Below, piece by piece: positions 25,770 through 35,158 of a stretch of DNA of 41,809 bases. Position numbers and translations under genes: made by a program. The notes under the pieces were generated by a model that had not been told where the DNA came from, did no database searches, and was given only the letters and a program-made list of their open reading frames with translations. The stretch's first letter is position 1; every line of letters starts with the position of its first letter. The DNA is taken from assembly GCA_900313895.1 (NCBI GenBank), contig OMTA01000001.1, forward strand, positions 1 through 41,809. Reading direction: 5' to 3'. Source of the DNA: an uncultured Eubacteriales bacterium (GTDB taxonomy: Bacteria; Bacillota; Clostridia; Oscillospirales; Acutalibacteraceae).

Positions 25770-25892
25770 TGTCATTCTGAACGCTAGTGAAGAATCTGAA
25801 AGCGCTCGATTTTCCGTTAGATTACACATGACAGGTCTAATCTGATTGGATAAATTGCACGATAAGATCCTTCGCTAAAGCTCAGGATGACA
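25770..25892. repeat. Inverted pair of (T/C)GTC-type REPs (REPIN/MITE-like)
   Basis: TGTCATTCTGAACGCTAGTGAAGAATCT (25770-25797) and AGATCCTTCGCTAAAGCTCAGGATGACA (25865-25892) are imperfect reverse complements. Confidence 0.8.
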
Positions 25893-25895
25893 CGC

Positions 25896-25929
25896 AAAGG
25901 GGCTGTCGCACTAAGAAATGCGACAGCCC
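25896..25929 (-). terminator. Terminator after rsmG
   Basis: GGGCTGTCGCA-8 nt-TGCGACAGCCC followed on the minus strand by CTTT. Confidence 0.7.
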
Positions 25930-25946
25930 TCCCTGCTGTCCTAAAA

Positions 25947-25962
25947 TGTTTCACGTGAAACA
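25947..25962. promoter_or_regulatory. parS centromere site
   Basis: Perfect TGTTTCACGTGAAACA. Confidence 0.95.
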
Positions 25963-25984
25963 TTTGTCGAATCCTCTGGCCGTA

Positions 25985-26701
25985 TCACAACGGTTTCTTT
26001 TTGATCTGTTTGCTCTTCCGCGGATATTTTTCGGGAGTCGGCGCGACCTTATCGATCACGATGATCCCCCTCTCGCCCGCGTCGCCGAGCGAGAATAGGT
26101 GCTTCTCCCCTACTCTGCCGCCCAGCTCGCCGATCGCGTTCTTCGCTTCTTCCAATTCTTCCTCCGCGGACTTGCCTTTCATTGCGATGAAACGTCCGCC
26201 TACGCCGACATACGGCAGGCAGTATTCCGCCAGCACCTTCAGCGAGGCGACCGCCCGCGCGACGGCAACTTCATAGTTTTCGCGGAACAGGATCTCCCGC
26301 GCGCCTTCCTCCGCGCGCCCGTGAACGGTCACAACGTCCTCCAGTCCCAGCTGCTCACAGACTTCATCGAGAAACGAGAGCCGCTTTTGCAGGCTGTCGA
26401 GCAGCGTCAGGCGGATATCGGGTCGCGCGATCTTGATCGCCAAGCCCGGAAAACCCGCGCCTGTCCCGACGTCGATCATGCTTACTCCCTGCGGGATGTC
26501 CGCATATTTCAAGAGCATCAGGCTGTCGATAAAATGCTTGACCGCCACATCGCGCGGTTCGGTCAGCGCGGTCAGATTCATTTTTTCATTCCATTCGATC
26601 AGCAGCTCATCATATCGGCAGAACCGCTCAAAGGCGACCTCGTCGAGCGCTATATCAAATTCACGGAGCGCCTTTTTGAAAACGTCTGAAAAATCACGCA
26701 T
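25985..26701 (-). CDS. rsmG: 16S rRNA m7G527 methyltransferase
   Basis: [32 protein letters not shown] and ARAVA. Confidence 0.97.
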   Translation of the reverse strand: MRDFSDVFKKALREFDIALDEVAFERFCRYDELLIEWNEKMNLTALTEPRDVAVKHFIDSLMLLKYADIPQGVSMIDVGTGAGFPGLAIKIARPDIRLTLLDSLQKRLSFLDEVCEQLGLEDVVTVHGRAEEGAREILFRENYEVAVARAVASLKVLAEYCLPYVGVGGRFIAMKGKSAEEELEEAKNAIGELGGRVGEKHLFSLGDAGERGIIVIDKVAPTPEKYPRKSKQIKKKPL

Positions 26702-28586
26702 CCTCTGCCCTCCTGTGGTTCTGTTTCATCAGATAGATCATCAACACATTGACGTCGGCGGGCGATACGCCGCTGATACGGCTCGCCTGACCGATGTTCA
26801 ACGGTCGCACGGCATTCAGCTTTTCCTGCGCTTCCAGCCGCAGACCCGTGATGGTCTTGTAATCGATATCCGTCGGCAGGAGCTTGTTTTCGAGCTTCCG
26901 CATACTCTCCACCGCGCTGAGCTGTTTTTTGATATAGCCGTCATATTTCACCGCGATCTCGACCTGCTCAAAGATATCCCTCGGCAGATCGGGACGGGTC
27001 GTGTCGATCTCTGTCAACGCTTCATAATTCAACTCGGGTCGCTTGAGCAGATCGATCAGGCGGATCCCTGTCGTAACGTCCGATGTTTCACGTGAAACCA
27101 GAATCGCGCTGAGCTTCTCCGACGGCGCGATGACCGTGCGCCTGACGCGTTCGGTTTCCTCTTTGATCAATTCCTGTTTTTTGTTGAAGCGCTGCCATCT
27201 GTCCTCGCCGATCAATCCGAGCCGATACCCCATCGGCGTCAGGCGCTCATCCGCGTTATCCTGACGCAGGATCAGGCGGTATTCGCTGCGGGAGGTCATC
27301 ATGCGGTACGGTTCATTCGCGCCCTTGGTGACCAGATCGTCGATCAGCGTGCCGATATAGGATGACGCGCGGTCGAGGATAAAGGGCTCTTTTCCCTGTA
27401 CCTTCAACGCGGCGTTGATCCCCGCGACCAAACCCTGCGCCGCGGCTTCCTCATAGCCCGATGATCCGTTGAACTGACCCGCACCGTATAAGCCCGGAAA
27501 TTCCTTGAATTCCAAAGTCGCCAGCATCGACTGCGGATCGATACAATCATATTCGATCGCGTAGGCAGGCCGCATCACGACCGCGTTCTCCAAGCCCTTG
27601 ATGGTGTGATAAAACTGTAACTGAACTTCCTCGGGCAGTGATGACGACATCCCCTGCAGATACATCTCCTCGGTATCCTCACCGCACGGCTCGATAAAGA
27701 GCTGATGCCGTTTCTTTTCCGAAAAGCGGACGATCTTATCCTCCAGACTCGGACAATACCGCGGGCCGACGCCCTCGATCTTTCCGCCGTACAGCGGACT
27801 GCGATGGATATTCTCCAAAATGATATTCTTGGTATTTTCGTTGGTCCACGATACATGACAGACGACCTTGTTTTCAACCGGAGTCAGCGTATCATAGGAA
27901 AACGGCGTCGTCGGTTCATCACCCTCTTGCACCTCCAGCTCGGAGAAATCGATCGAGGCGCGCTTGACGCGAGCCGGCGTACCGGTCTTGAAGCGGCGGG
28001 TCTTGACGCCGAGCTTTCTGAGGCTTTCGCCGAGGAACGCCGCGGGAAAGATCCCGTCGGGGCCGGATTCATAGCTGACCTCGCCGACAAAGATCCTGCC
28101 GCCGAGATAGGTGCCCGTCGCGATGACGACGGTCTTTGCCTCAAACACACCCAGCATACGGGTCGTGAGAAGCCATGTTCCGTTTTCGCCGCGTTCAAGC
28201 TCCGTGATCTCCGCCTGTCTGAGATCGAGATTCTCCTGCAGCTCCAGCGTGTGCTTCATGCGCGCCGAATACCTGCGGCGGTCGATCTGCGCGCGCAGAG
28301 AATGTACAGCAGGGCCTTTTCCGCGGTTGAGCATCCTCGACTGGAGGGTACATTCGTCTGCCGCTCTGCCCATCTCGCCGCCCAGCGCGTCGATCTCGCG
28401 GACTAAATGGCCTTTAGCCGTGCCGCCGATCGACGGATTACACGGACAATTGCCGACAGCGTCCATATTGATTGTAAAAACAGCGGTCTTGCATCCGAGC
28501 CGCGAGGCGGCAAGCGCCGCCTCGATTCCGGCGTGTCCCGCGCCGATCACGGCGACATCGTACGCGCCCGCAAAATAGGTTGACAT
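26694..28586 (-). CDS. mnmG: tRNA uridine-34 modification enzyme MnmG (GidA)
   Basis: [53 protein letters not shown] and [14 protein letters not shown]. Start placed at ATG 28586. Confidence 0.97.
   Translation of the reverse strand: MSTYFAGAYDVAVIGAGHAGIEAALAASRLGCKTAVFTINMDAVGNCPCNPSIGGTAKGHLVREIDALGGEMGRAADECTLQSRMLNRGKGPAVHSLRAQIDRRRYSARMKHTLELQENLDLRQAEITELERGENGTWLLTTRMLGVFEAKTVVIATGTYLGGRIFVGEVSYESGPDGIFPAAFLGESLRKLGVKTRRFKTGTPARVKRASIDFSELEVQEGDEPTTPFSYDTLTPVENKVVCHVSWTNENTKNIILENIHRSPLYGGKIEGVGPRYCPSLEDKIVRFSEKKRHQLFIEPCGEDTEEMYLQGMSSSLPEEVQLQFYHTIKGLENAVVMRPAYAIEYDCIDPQSMLATLEFKEFPGLYGAGQFNGSSGYEEAAAQGLVAGINAALKVQGKEPFILDRASSYIGTLIDDLVTKGANEPYRMMTSRSEYRLILRQDNADERLTPMGYRLGLIGEDRWQRFNKKQELIKEETERVRRTVIAPSEKLSAILVSRETSDVTTGIRLIDLLKRPELNYEALTEIDTTRPDLPRDIFEQVEIAVKYDGYIKKQLSAVESMRKLENKLLPTDIDYKTITGLRLEAQEKLNAVRPLNIGQASRISGVSPADVNVLMIYLMKQNHRRAEDA
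27084..27099. promoter_or_regulatory. parS site inside mnmG
   Basis: TGTTTCACGTGAAACC, a 15/16 match; encodes LVSRET. Confidence 0.85.
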
Positions 28587-28647
28587 GAAATCACATCCGA
28601 TTTGTTGTATTGGATATGGTTGATTGCCCATATGTATATTTATTGAT

Positions 28648-28671
28648 CGGACGACCAATGGTCGTCCCTAC
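28648..28671 (-). repeat. Single GTAG REP between mnmE and mnmG
   Basis: Minus strand GTAGGGACGACCATTGGTCGTCCG; one loop base differs from 6434-6457. Confidence 0.85.
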
Positions 28672-28684
28672 TACCAACTGACAG

Positions 28685-30061
28685 CTACTTTCCCACACAG
28701 AAGTTGTGGAATACTCTGTCTACGACCTCATCGGTCACGCGTTCGCCGGTCAGCTCACAGAGATAGCCGACCGCTTCCTCGATCGAGATCGTGACCGCGT
28801 CGAAGGTCATTCCGATGTCCAGCGCCGTCAACGCCTCCCGCGTACTGTCAAAGGCTTTCTTGGTCAGGTTGCGCTGGCGCTCATTATAGATCAGCGCGTC
28901 TGTCGAGGAAAAGTCCTCGATCGCACAGATCTGCTTGATCGCCTTGATCAGCTCCGCGACCCCTTCGGATCGTTTCGCCGACATGGGGATAACGGTCGCA
29001 AAATGCGCTTTGATTAACGTATCATCGATGACCCGCGGCAGATCGGCTTTGTTGAGGATCGCGATCGCGGGCGTATCACCGATCTCTTCGATCAGCTCCT
29101 CGTCCTCCTCTGTCAGCTCCTTTGAGCCGTCAAAAACACAGAGGATCAGGGAAGAGGCGTTCATCCTGTTTTTTGCCTTATCCACACCGATCTTCTCGAC
29201 AACATCCTCCGTCTCACGGATGCCCGCGGTATCGGAAAGATTGAGGATCAAGTCATCCAAATTGACGCTTTCCTCGACGACGTCGCGGGTCGTACCCGCA
29301 ACCTCGGTGACGATGCTTTTGTCATATCCCGCCAACAGATTCATCAGCGTGCTTTTGCCGACGTTCGGTTTTCCGACGATGGCGGTATCGATCCCGTCGC
29401 GCAGCACCCTGCCGTTATCATAGCCCTTCAGGATCGCGCTCAATTCTTCCAGAGCGTTTTCCAATGCGCCGCACAGTTCGTCATCCTCGATCTCGGGGAT
29501 ATCCTCCTCCGGATAATCCGCCCACGCGGAAAGATGCGCCGCCTTGGAGAGTAACGCGGTCTTGACCGCGTCGATCCGTTTGGATAACGCGCCGTCCTTA
29601 ACAGACAGCGCCGCCTTGACAGCGGTACGGGATCGGGCGGAGATGATATCCATGACCGCCTCGGCTTCTACCAGATCGAGCTTGCCGTTCAAAAACGCGC
29701 GCTTGGTGAATTCTCCTGCCTGCGCCGGTTCCGCGCCGGCGTCATAGACTGCGCGCAGAACGCGGTTGGTCACATACAATCCGCCGTGACAGCTCAGCTC
29801 GACGACATTCTCGCCGGTGTAGCTGTGTGGCGCTCTGAAAACGGACACGATACATTCGTCCAGCTTTTCGTCGCCGGCATACGCCGCGCCCAAAGCGCAG
29901 GTGTAGCCCTTCATATCGGATAGTTTTTTATCGGTATAGGCGGTGAAAACCTTTTCCGCGATCGGGATCGCATCCTCCCCGGAGATACGGATGACGGAGA
30001 TCCCCGCCGTTGCTTTTGCGGTCGAAATCGCCGCGATAGTCGTTTCTTTCATATGGTTCAT
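28685..30061 (-). CDS. mnmE: tRNA modification GTPase MnmE (TrmE)
   Basis: TIAAIST, SYTGENVVELSCHG, GEFTKRAFLNGK, GKPNVGKS, GTTRD, DTAG, NKAD and C-terminal FCVGK. Alternative start at 30052. Confidence 0.97.
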   Translation of the reverse strand: MNHMKETTIAAISTAKATAGISVIRISGEDAIPIAEKVFTAYTDKKLSDMKGYTCALGAAYAGDEKLDECIVSVFRAPHSYTGENVVELSCHGGLYVTNRVLRAVYDAGAEPAQAGEFTKRAFLNGKLDLVEAEAVMDIISARSRTAVKAALSVKDGALSKRIDAVKTALLSKAAHLSAWADYPEEDIPEIEDDELCGALENALEELSAILKGYDNGRVLRDGIDTAIVGKPNVGKSTLMNLLAGYDKSIVTEVAGTTRDVVEESVNLDDLILNLSDTAGIRETEDVVEKIGVDKAKNRMNASSLILCVFDGSKELTEEDEELIEEIGDTPAIAILNKADLPRVIDDTLIKAHFATVIPMSAKRSEGVAELIKAIKQICAIEDFSSTDALIYNERQRNLTKKAFDSTREALTALDIGMTFDAVTISIEEAVGYLCELTGERVTDEVVDRVFHNFCVGK

Positions 30062-30072
30062 TTCATCCTGAA

Positions 30073-30088
30073 TGTTTCACGTGAAACA
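30073..30088. promoter_or_regulatory. parS centromere site
   Basis: Perfect TGTTTCACGTGAAACA. Confidence 0.95.
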
Positions 30089-30131
30089 TTTTATATTGAT
30101 TTCTGATAAAACGCTTTCATTATGGGATAAC

Positions 30132-30157
30132 AAAAACGGGCGGAGACCGCCCGTTTT
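30132..30157 (-). terminator. Terminator after jag
   Basis: AAAACGGGCGG-aga-CCGCCCGTTTT. Confidence 0.85.
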
Positions 30158-30162
30158 ATTCT

Positions 30163-30933
30163 TCAGTACTCGCCTTCGTTGAGGGGTTTACGGTCGGGAT
30201 TGGGAGCGGGGGACTGCTTCGGCTTGCTGTTATATCTGCCTCTGCCGCCGTTGTTGGGTCTTCTGCCGCCTCTGCCGCCTCTGTTGCGGTTATTGCCGCG
30301 TTTGCCGTCGGGACCGATGACAACATGACGGTTGAGGTTTTCGCCTTCGCTCCAGGAGGTAGCGCCGTCGATCTTCTGAACGGAGGTATGGATGATTCTG
30401 CGCTCATAGGGGTTCATCGGCTCAAGCACGCTCTTTTTGCCGGTCTTAGCCGCTTTGATCGCCAGTCTGCGACCCAGGGACTCGAGAGTCTTTTCGCGCT
30501 TTTCGCGATAGTCGCCGGTATTGATGACGACTCTCTTGTAAGCGGGATCGACGCGATTTGCCGCAAGACAGGTCAGGTACTGCAGTGCGTCCATGGTCTC
30601 GCCTCTGCGGCCGATGATAAAGCCGACGTCGTCGCCTTCGATATCGATGGTGATGACGTTATCCTCATCCTTGGTAGAGAGGGTGATACCGGACAGCTCC
30701 ATGTTATCGATGATGTTGCGTATGAAATCCTCCGCTGCCTGAGCGGCGCTTTGCTTCAAGGTGACTTTTACCTTAGCGGGATGACCGCCGAAAAGTCCGA
30801 GCACCTTTTTGCTCTGCATCTCGATGATCTCAAAATCTATACGGTCGTCGTAGGTCTCTACGCCGAGTTCCTGACAGGCTTTTTCCTTGGCTTCTTCAAC
30901 CGTAGCGCCTGTTGCGATTACTTCTCTTAACAA
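30163..30933 (-). CDS. jag: Jag/EloR/KhpB RNA-binding protein
   Basis: Jag_N domain (GATVEEA...LGLFG), KH domain IIGRRGETMDALQYL, R3H domain PMNPYERRIIH and an RGG-rich tail; TTG start. Confidence 0.93.
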   Translation of the reverse strand: MLREVIATGATVEEAKEKACQELGVETYDDRIDFEIIEMQSKKVLGLFGGHPAKVKVTLKQSAAQAAEDFIRNIIDNMELSGITLSTKDEDNVITIDIEGDDVGFIIGRRGETMDALQYLTCLAANRVDPAYKRVVINTGDYREKREKTLESLGRRLAIKAAKTGKKSVLEPMNPYERRIIHTSVQKIDGATSWSEGENLNRHVVIGPDGKRGNNRNRGGRGGRRPNNGGRGRYNSKPKQSPAPNPDRKPLNEGEY

Positions 30934-30961
30934 TGTTACACCTTCTTATACTAAACAGTGA

Positions 30962-31969
30962 TTACTTTTTCTTTTTGTTCTTTGCGGATTTTTGCTCCTC
31001 TTTCTTTTGCGGGGCAGAGGGAACATATTCGTAGGCGACCTTTGCTTCCTTTAACTCAAGCAGGGCGACGTGCTGTGCCTCTGCTTTTGCGGTGAGGTTC
31101 TGCGGTGAATAGAATTTTGTGATGATCACCGTCTGCGCGAAGCCGATAACGGTAGAGCAGATCCAGTAGAAACCGACTGCGCCGGGAACGATATAAGAGA
31201 TATATACCGTGATCAGCGGCAGACCGAGCATCATATACTTCATACAGCCCTGTTGCTGCTGCATGACGCCCTTCTGCATACGCATGGTCAAAAGCTGAGA
31301 GCCGATCGAGGTGATCAGTACCAGCGCGGGGATGATGATGATCAAAGACCAGAAGCCGTTGTTGCTCGGGATATCGAGCAGGTCAAGTCCTAAGAAATGG
31401 AAGCCGCCCGCAAGGTTTTTGATCTGGCTGACGTCGGAGTTAGAGAGGACGTCGGACAGTCCCTGCTTTTGCAGCATCGCAAAGGAATCGGGATTGTTGA
31501 AAATACGAAGGATATCCATCTCGTGATAGATATTGTTGGACGAAACGTTGATGCCGGGGATACCGTTGACAAAATTCAACAGATTGGTCATCTTGTCGGA
31601 CGCGATATGGATAACGTTCGACAGGGGACGTACGACAGAGTAATAGATACCGAGCATGATGAACATCGGAAAAAGCGATGTCAAACAGCCGCCGAACGGA
31701 GAAGCGCCCTCTTTTGCGTAGAGCTTCTGTACCTCTTCGTTGTATTTTTGTTTGTTATTGCCGTACTTTTCTTTGAGCTCGCGCTGCTTGGCCTGAAGGC
31801 GCGAGTTTGCCGCCATGCTCTTTTGCTGCTTGACGGAGGTCGGGAACATCAGCAATCTTGTCAGGATCGTGAAGAAAAAGATAGCGACGCCGAAATTCTG
31901 GAATACATAGAACAGCGCCCATAATACATAGCCGAAAGCCCAGCCTACATAGTTAAAAATCTGAAACAT
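30962..31969 (-). CDS. yidC: Membrane protein insertase YidC
   Basis: NFGVAI..FTILTRLLMFP, KLYAKEGASPFGGCL and PGAVGFYW; canonical position. Confidence 0.93.
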   Translation of the reverse strand: MFQIFNYVGWAFGYVLWALFYVFQNFGVAIFFFTILTRLLMFPTSVKQQKSMAANSRLQAKQRELKEKYGNNKQKYNEEVQKLYAKEGASPFGGCLTSLFPMFIMLGIYYSVVRPLSNVIHIASDKMTNLLNFVNGIPGINVSSNNIYHEMDILRIFNNPDSFAMLQKQGLSDVLSNSDVSQIKNLAGGFHFLGLDLLDIPSNNGFWSLIIIIPALVLITSIGSQLLTMRMQKGVMQQQQGCMKYMMLGLPLITVYISYIVPGAVGFYWICSTVIGFAQTVIITKFYSPQNLTAKAEAQHVALLELKEAKVAYEYVPSAPQKKEEQKSAKNKKKK

Positions 31970-31992
31970 AGATAAAAGCCTCTCTTAAAGCT

Positions 31993-32220
31993 TCATAATT
32001 TGTGGTCTTTCTCGGGGACGGGGTCGTAGCCGCCCTTTGACCACGGATTACAACGCAGGATTCTCCACAGCCCCATGAAGCCGCCTTTGAAAGCGCCGAA
32101 GCGCTCGATCGCTTCGTAGGTATATTGGGAACAGGTTGGATAATACTTACACTTGGGTTTGGTGTGGGGTGAGATAGCAGTCTGATAGATGCGGATCATT
32201 CTGAGCAGCAGTTTTTTCAT
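31993..32220 (-). CDS. yidD: Membrane protein insertion efficiency factor YidD
   Basis: [17 protein letters not shown] and [17 protein letters not shown]. Start at ATG 32220. Confidence 0.95.
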   Translation of the reverse strand: MKKLLLRMIRIYQTAISPHTKPKCKYYPTCSQYTYEAIERFGAFKGGFMGLWRILRCNPWSKGGYDPVPEKDHKL

Positions 32221-32555
32221 GATGATCTCATAATGCCGAGGGAGCATAGATGCGCGCGCATATATCGCTCTACCTCATAGCTTTTTAAAAAACAGGTTTT
32301 TGTTCGCGCGACAAAAATGATGTCGTAGTTTTGGTTCATATCTACGGGAAGATGTGAGAACGCCGCGCGGATCAGTCTGCGGCTGCGATTGCGTCTGACT
32401 GCTTTGCCGACCTTTTTGGAGGTGGTTATTCCGATTCTAAGGTTATTATTTTTATTTTTGATAGCGTAGGTGACCAGCCCGGGGGAGACACAGCTTTTTC
32501 CGTGTCTGTATGCCCTCTGAAAATCCCGGTTGCCGGTAATAGAAGTAATTTTCAT
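32217..32555 (-). CDS. rnpA: Ribonuclease P protein component
   Basis: [21 protein letters not shown] (RNR motif). Start at ATG 32555. Confidence 0.95.
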   Translation of the reverse strand: MKITSITGNRDFQRAYRHGKSCVSPGLVTYAIKNKNNNLRIGITTSKKVGKAVRRNRSRRLIRAAFSHLPVDMNQNYDIIFVARTKTCFLKSYEVERYMRAHLCSLGIMRSS

Positions 32556-32702
32556 CAAACCACCGAAAACAGTTATTGGGAACAAAAGCTGTCCCCGCTC
32601 AAAAAACAGCGCCCTGTGCGCGTTTTTCTCTGCGCCGCTCCGGAACAAACGGGGCGGACGACAAAATTTCGTTTACTTTGAGATTCTCCCATAAAGTAAA
32701 AG

Positions 32703-32727
32703 AAAGACCACTGCTGTGAGTGGTCTT
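32703..32727 (-). terminator. Stem-loop/terminator after rpmH
   Basis: AAGACCACT-gctgtg-AGTGGTCTT with a minus-strand U-rich tail. Confidence 0.7.
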
Positions 32728-32732
32728 AGGTT

Positions 32733-32867
32733 TTAGTATGACAGCTGCTTTCTGCCCTTTGCTCTTCTTCTTGCAAGAACCTTGCGACCGTTGCTGGTAG
32801 ACATTCTCTTTCTGAAGCCGTGCTCTTTTTTGCGATGGATCTTTTTGGGCTGATATGTTCTGAGCAT
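32733..32867 (-). CDS. rpmH: 50S ribosomal protein L34 (not in the ORF track)
   Basis: Manual translation [44 protein letters not shown] (44 aa); AGGAGG RBS. Confidence 0.97.
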   Translation of the reverse strand: MLRTYQPKKIHRKKEHGFRKRMSTSNGRKVLARRRAKGRKQLSY

Positions 32868-32907
32868 TTAGAACCCTCCTTTCGGGTACATAACCTTACA
32901 ATCTAGC

Positions 32908-32936
32908 ATTATACCGTAATTTTTCCTTTTAGTCAA
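32908..32936 (-). promoter_or_regulatory. SigA promoter of rpmH
   Basis: Minus strand TTGACT, 17 bp, TATAAT. Confidence 0.8.
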
Positions 32937-32994
32937 TAAAAATTTTTGATTCATATAATGTTTTTATATAATACTAAAAGATTGATTTTTCAGA

Positions 32995-33010
32995 ACACAA
33001 TATATAGTAT
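32995..33010. promoter_or_regulatory. Candidate NrdR box
   Basis: ACACAATATATAGTAT versus consensus acaCwAtATaTwGtg; single copy. Confidence 0.5.
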
Positions 33011-33241
33011 TTTCTGACGAATGGAGGCACTATTTTTGATCATTCAATTTTTGATTCGGGGATGATTTTTGACGTCCGAGATTTTTGAACGATGATTTTT
33101 CGGAGGATCCGTCGGGAAAAGTATCTTTGATTTTTCAAAATGAGGGCGATCGGACAGGGCGGATTTTGAGAGCCTATATTATTGATGTATATAAATACTT
33201 ATATATGTGAAAAAAGTTAAAATATTGTAATGGAAAATTGG

Positions 33242-33270
33242 TTGCTTTTATCGGGTAATTTTGGTATAAT
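33242..33270 (+). promoter_or_regulatory. SigA promoter of dnaA
   Basis: TTGCTT, 17 bp, TATAAT with extended TG. A DnaA-box match TGTGAAAAA lies at 33206-33214 and a Spo0A box TTCGACA at 33362-33368. Confidence 0.75.
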
Positions 33271-33492
33271 AAATGCGATAATGGGATAAAATGGGGTTGT
33301 ATAAAAACAGCGACGTTTTTTCGCCGGTTTTTTTGTGAATTTTGTACGGTTCAAAACGAAATTCGACACGGTTTTTAGCCATTTTTTGAGGCGATTTTTT
33401 TCAATGTTTTTTTGATGATTTTTTATCCCGCATCTTCAGCTTTTATTTTCGATTTACCATCCGGAGTATAACAGATAAGGAAGGAAAAATTT

Positions 33493-34821
33493 ATGGATAA
33501 TTTTAACGAAGGCTGGGCGATCATCTGCGATTATCTCAGGCAGGAAAAAAAGATCGTTGACGTAGCCTATAAAACATGGATCTCGAGGATCGAACCGATA
33601 TCCATCGACTTTGAAAAGGGCGTCATCACCCTGATGGTCCCGAACGACTTTCACCGCCAGACCTTGATCCGCGGTTATCTTCCGAAGCTGGAGGAAGCGT
33701 ATGAGGCGGTATTGGGTACGAACTTTGAGACCGTTTTCATCATTCCCGAGGAAAATGAGAAGAGTAAAGAAAAGTTATTGGGCGAGGAGACCTCCGTCGA
33801 TACCGGGTACGAATTCACATTTGACACCTACATCATCGGCTCCTCCAATAAATTCGCTCACGCCGCGTCGATGGCGGTCGCGCAGAATCCCGCCTCCGCA
33901 TATAACCCGCTGTTTATCTACGGCAACTCGGGACTGGGCAAAACACATCTGCTGTACGCGATCGGCAACGAGATCAAGAGCCGTGATAAAAGCTGTAACG
34001 TCATCTATATCAAGGGCGAGGATTTTGCCAACGAGATCATCCAGTCCATCATGAACAAGACGACCGCGCAGTTCAGACAAAAATACAGACAGGCGGATGT
34101 GCTGCTCGTCGACGACGTCCAGTTCATCGGCGGCAAGGAAAGCACGCAGGAGGAATTCTTCCACACCTTCGACGCCTTGTATGACGCGAAAAAACAGATC
34201 GTTCTCACATCCGACAGACCGCCGAAGGAGATCAAGGTTCTGACCGATCGTCTCAGAGGCAGATTCGAGATGGGACTTCTCGCGGACATCCAGCCGCCGG
34301 ATTTTGAGACGCGCATGGCGATCATCAAGAGAAAAGCGGAGATCATCGGACTGGATCTGAACAATGATCTGTGCGAATACATCGCCAACAAATTAAAGAC
34401 CAATATCCGACAGCTCGAGGGCGTCGTCAAAAAGCTGATGGCGCGGTATAACCTGACGAAAGAACCGCCGACGCTGAATACCGTTAACGAGACCATCGCG
34501 GAGATTCTCAACGATGATACGCCGCCGGAGCTGACCGTCGAGAAGATCATCGACGAGGTCGCGCGTACCTTCGGCGTAAACAGCGAGGATCTGAGATCGA
34601 CAAAATCCCGCAGAGCGGAGATCAACAAGCCCCGACAGATCGCCATTTATATCGTCAGAGAGCTGACCACCCTTTCGATGGAGAGCATCGGTAACGAATT
34701 CGGCGGCAGACATTACTCCACGATCGTCTATACCGTCCAGCAGGTCGAGAAGAATATCAAAAATGATCCTTCTCTGAGAGAGACCGTCGAGGATATCATC
34801 AAAAATATCAGAGAGAGATGA
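33493..34821 (+). CDS. dnaA: Chromosomal replication initiator DnaA
   Basis: YNPLFIYGNSGLGKTHLL, LLVDDVQF, QEEFFHTF, SDRPP and NIRQLEG. Confidence 0.98.
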   Translation: MDNFNEGWAIICDYLRQEKKIVDVAYKTWISRIEPISIDFEKGVITLMVPNDFHRQTLIRGYLPKLEEAYEAVLGTNFETVFIIPEENEKSKEKLLGEETSVDTGYEFTFDTYIIGSSNKFAHAASMAVAQNPASAYNPLFIYGNSGLGKTHLLYAIGNEIKSRDKSCNVIYIKGEDFANEIIQSIMNKTTAQFRQKYRQADVLLVDDVQFIGGKESTQEEFFHTFDALYDAKKQIVLTSDRPPKEIKVLTDRLRGRFEMGLLADIQPPDFETRMAIIKRKAEIIGLDLNNDLCEYIANKLKTNIRQLEGVVKKLMARYNLTKEPPTLNTVNETIAEILNDDTPPELTVEKIIDEVARTFGVNSEDLRSTKSRRAEINKPRQIAIYIVRELTTLSMESIGNEFGGRHYSTIVYTVQQVEKNIKNDPSLRETVEDIIKNIRER

Positions 34822-35158
34822 AATCTCTTTTTCTCTTTTCTTCTTCAGATAAACATCATTTTTAAAAGATATGATAAAAGCACGCTTTCAACATTTCCAT
34901 AATTATCCTCTCCACATCTTTCCACCCAATGTTGAATATTCATCAGAAAGAAAAAAGAAGACGCGCCTTCTCCTTAATGTTTGGAGAGAAGTATGGAAGA
35001 AGAAAGCAATTAAAATGCGGGGTAGGAGAGATTTCCTCTTTTCCACAGCCCCTACTACTATTACTAAATAAGATATATTTCATATCATTACATAGTTGAT
35101 AATGAGCAGAATTGAAAAAATGAACGGCTTGTCATAATGATGAGCGGAAAGGATTATA
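34822..35158. other. oriC unwinding region (dnaA-dnaN gap) with DnaA boxes and DnaA-trios
   Basis: TTTTCCACA (35039-35047), then GCCC, CTACTACTATTACTAAATA and an AT-rich stretch, the same layout as the B. subtilis basal unwinding element. Degenerate boxes at 34885, 34893, 34908, 34918, 34930, 34980 and 34992. Confidence 0.88.

Noticed and set aside
29178-29186. Perfect DnaA box TTATCCACA
   Set aside because: Single site inside mnmE coding sequence (GVDK codons), away from the origin gaps; compatible with chance.
32556-32702. GC-rich hairpins between rpmH and rnpA as an ncRNA, or an rnpA N-terminal extension to 32648
   Set aside because: Only one modest stem (CCGCTCCG/CGGGGCGG), no recognisable RNA family and no second copy in the window. 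RnpA homology starts at 32555.
34871-35071. 66-aa ORF in the dnaA-dnaN gap
   Set aside because: Overlaps oriC boxes and DnaA-trios, lacks an RBS and has no recognisable features.
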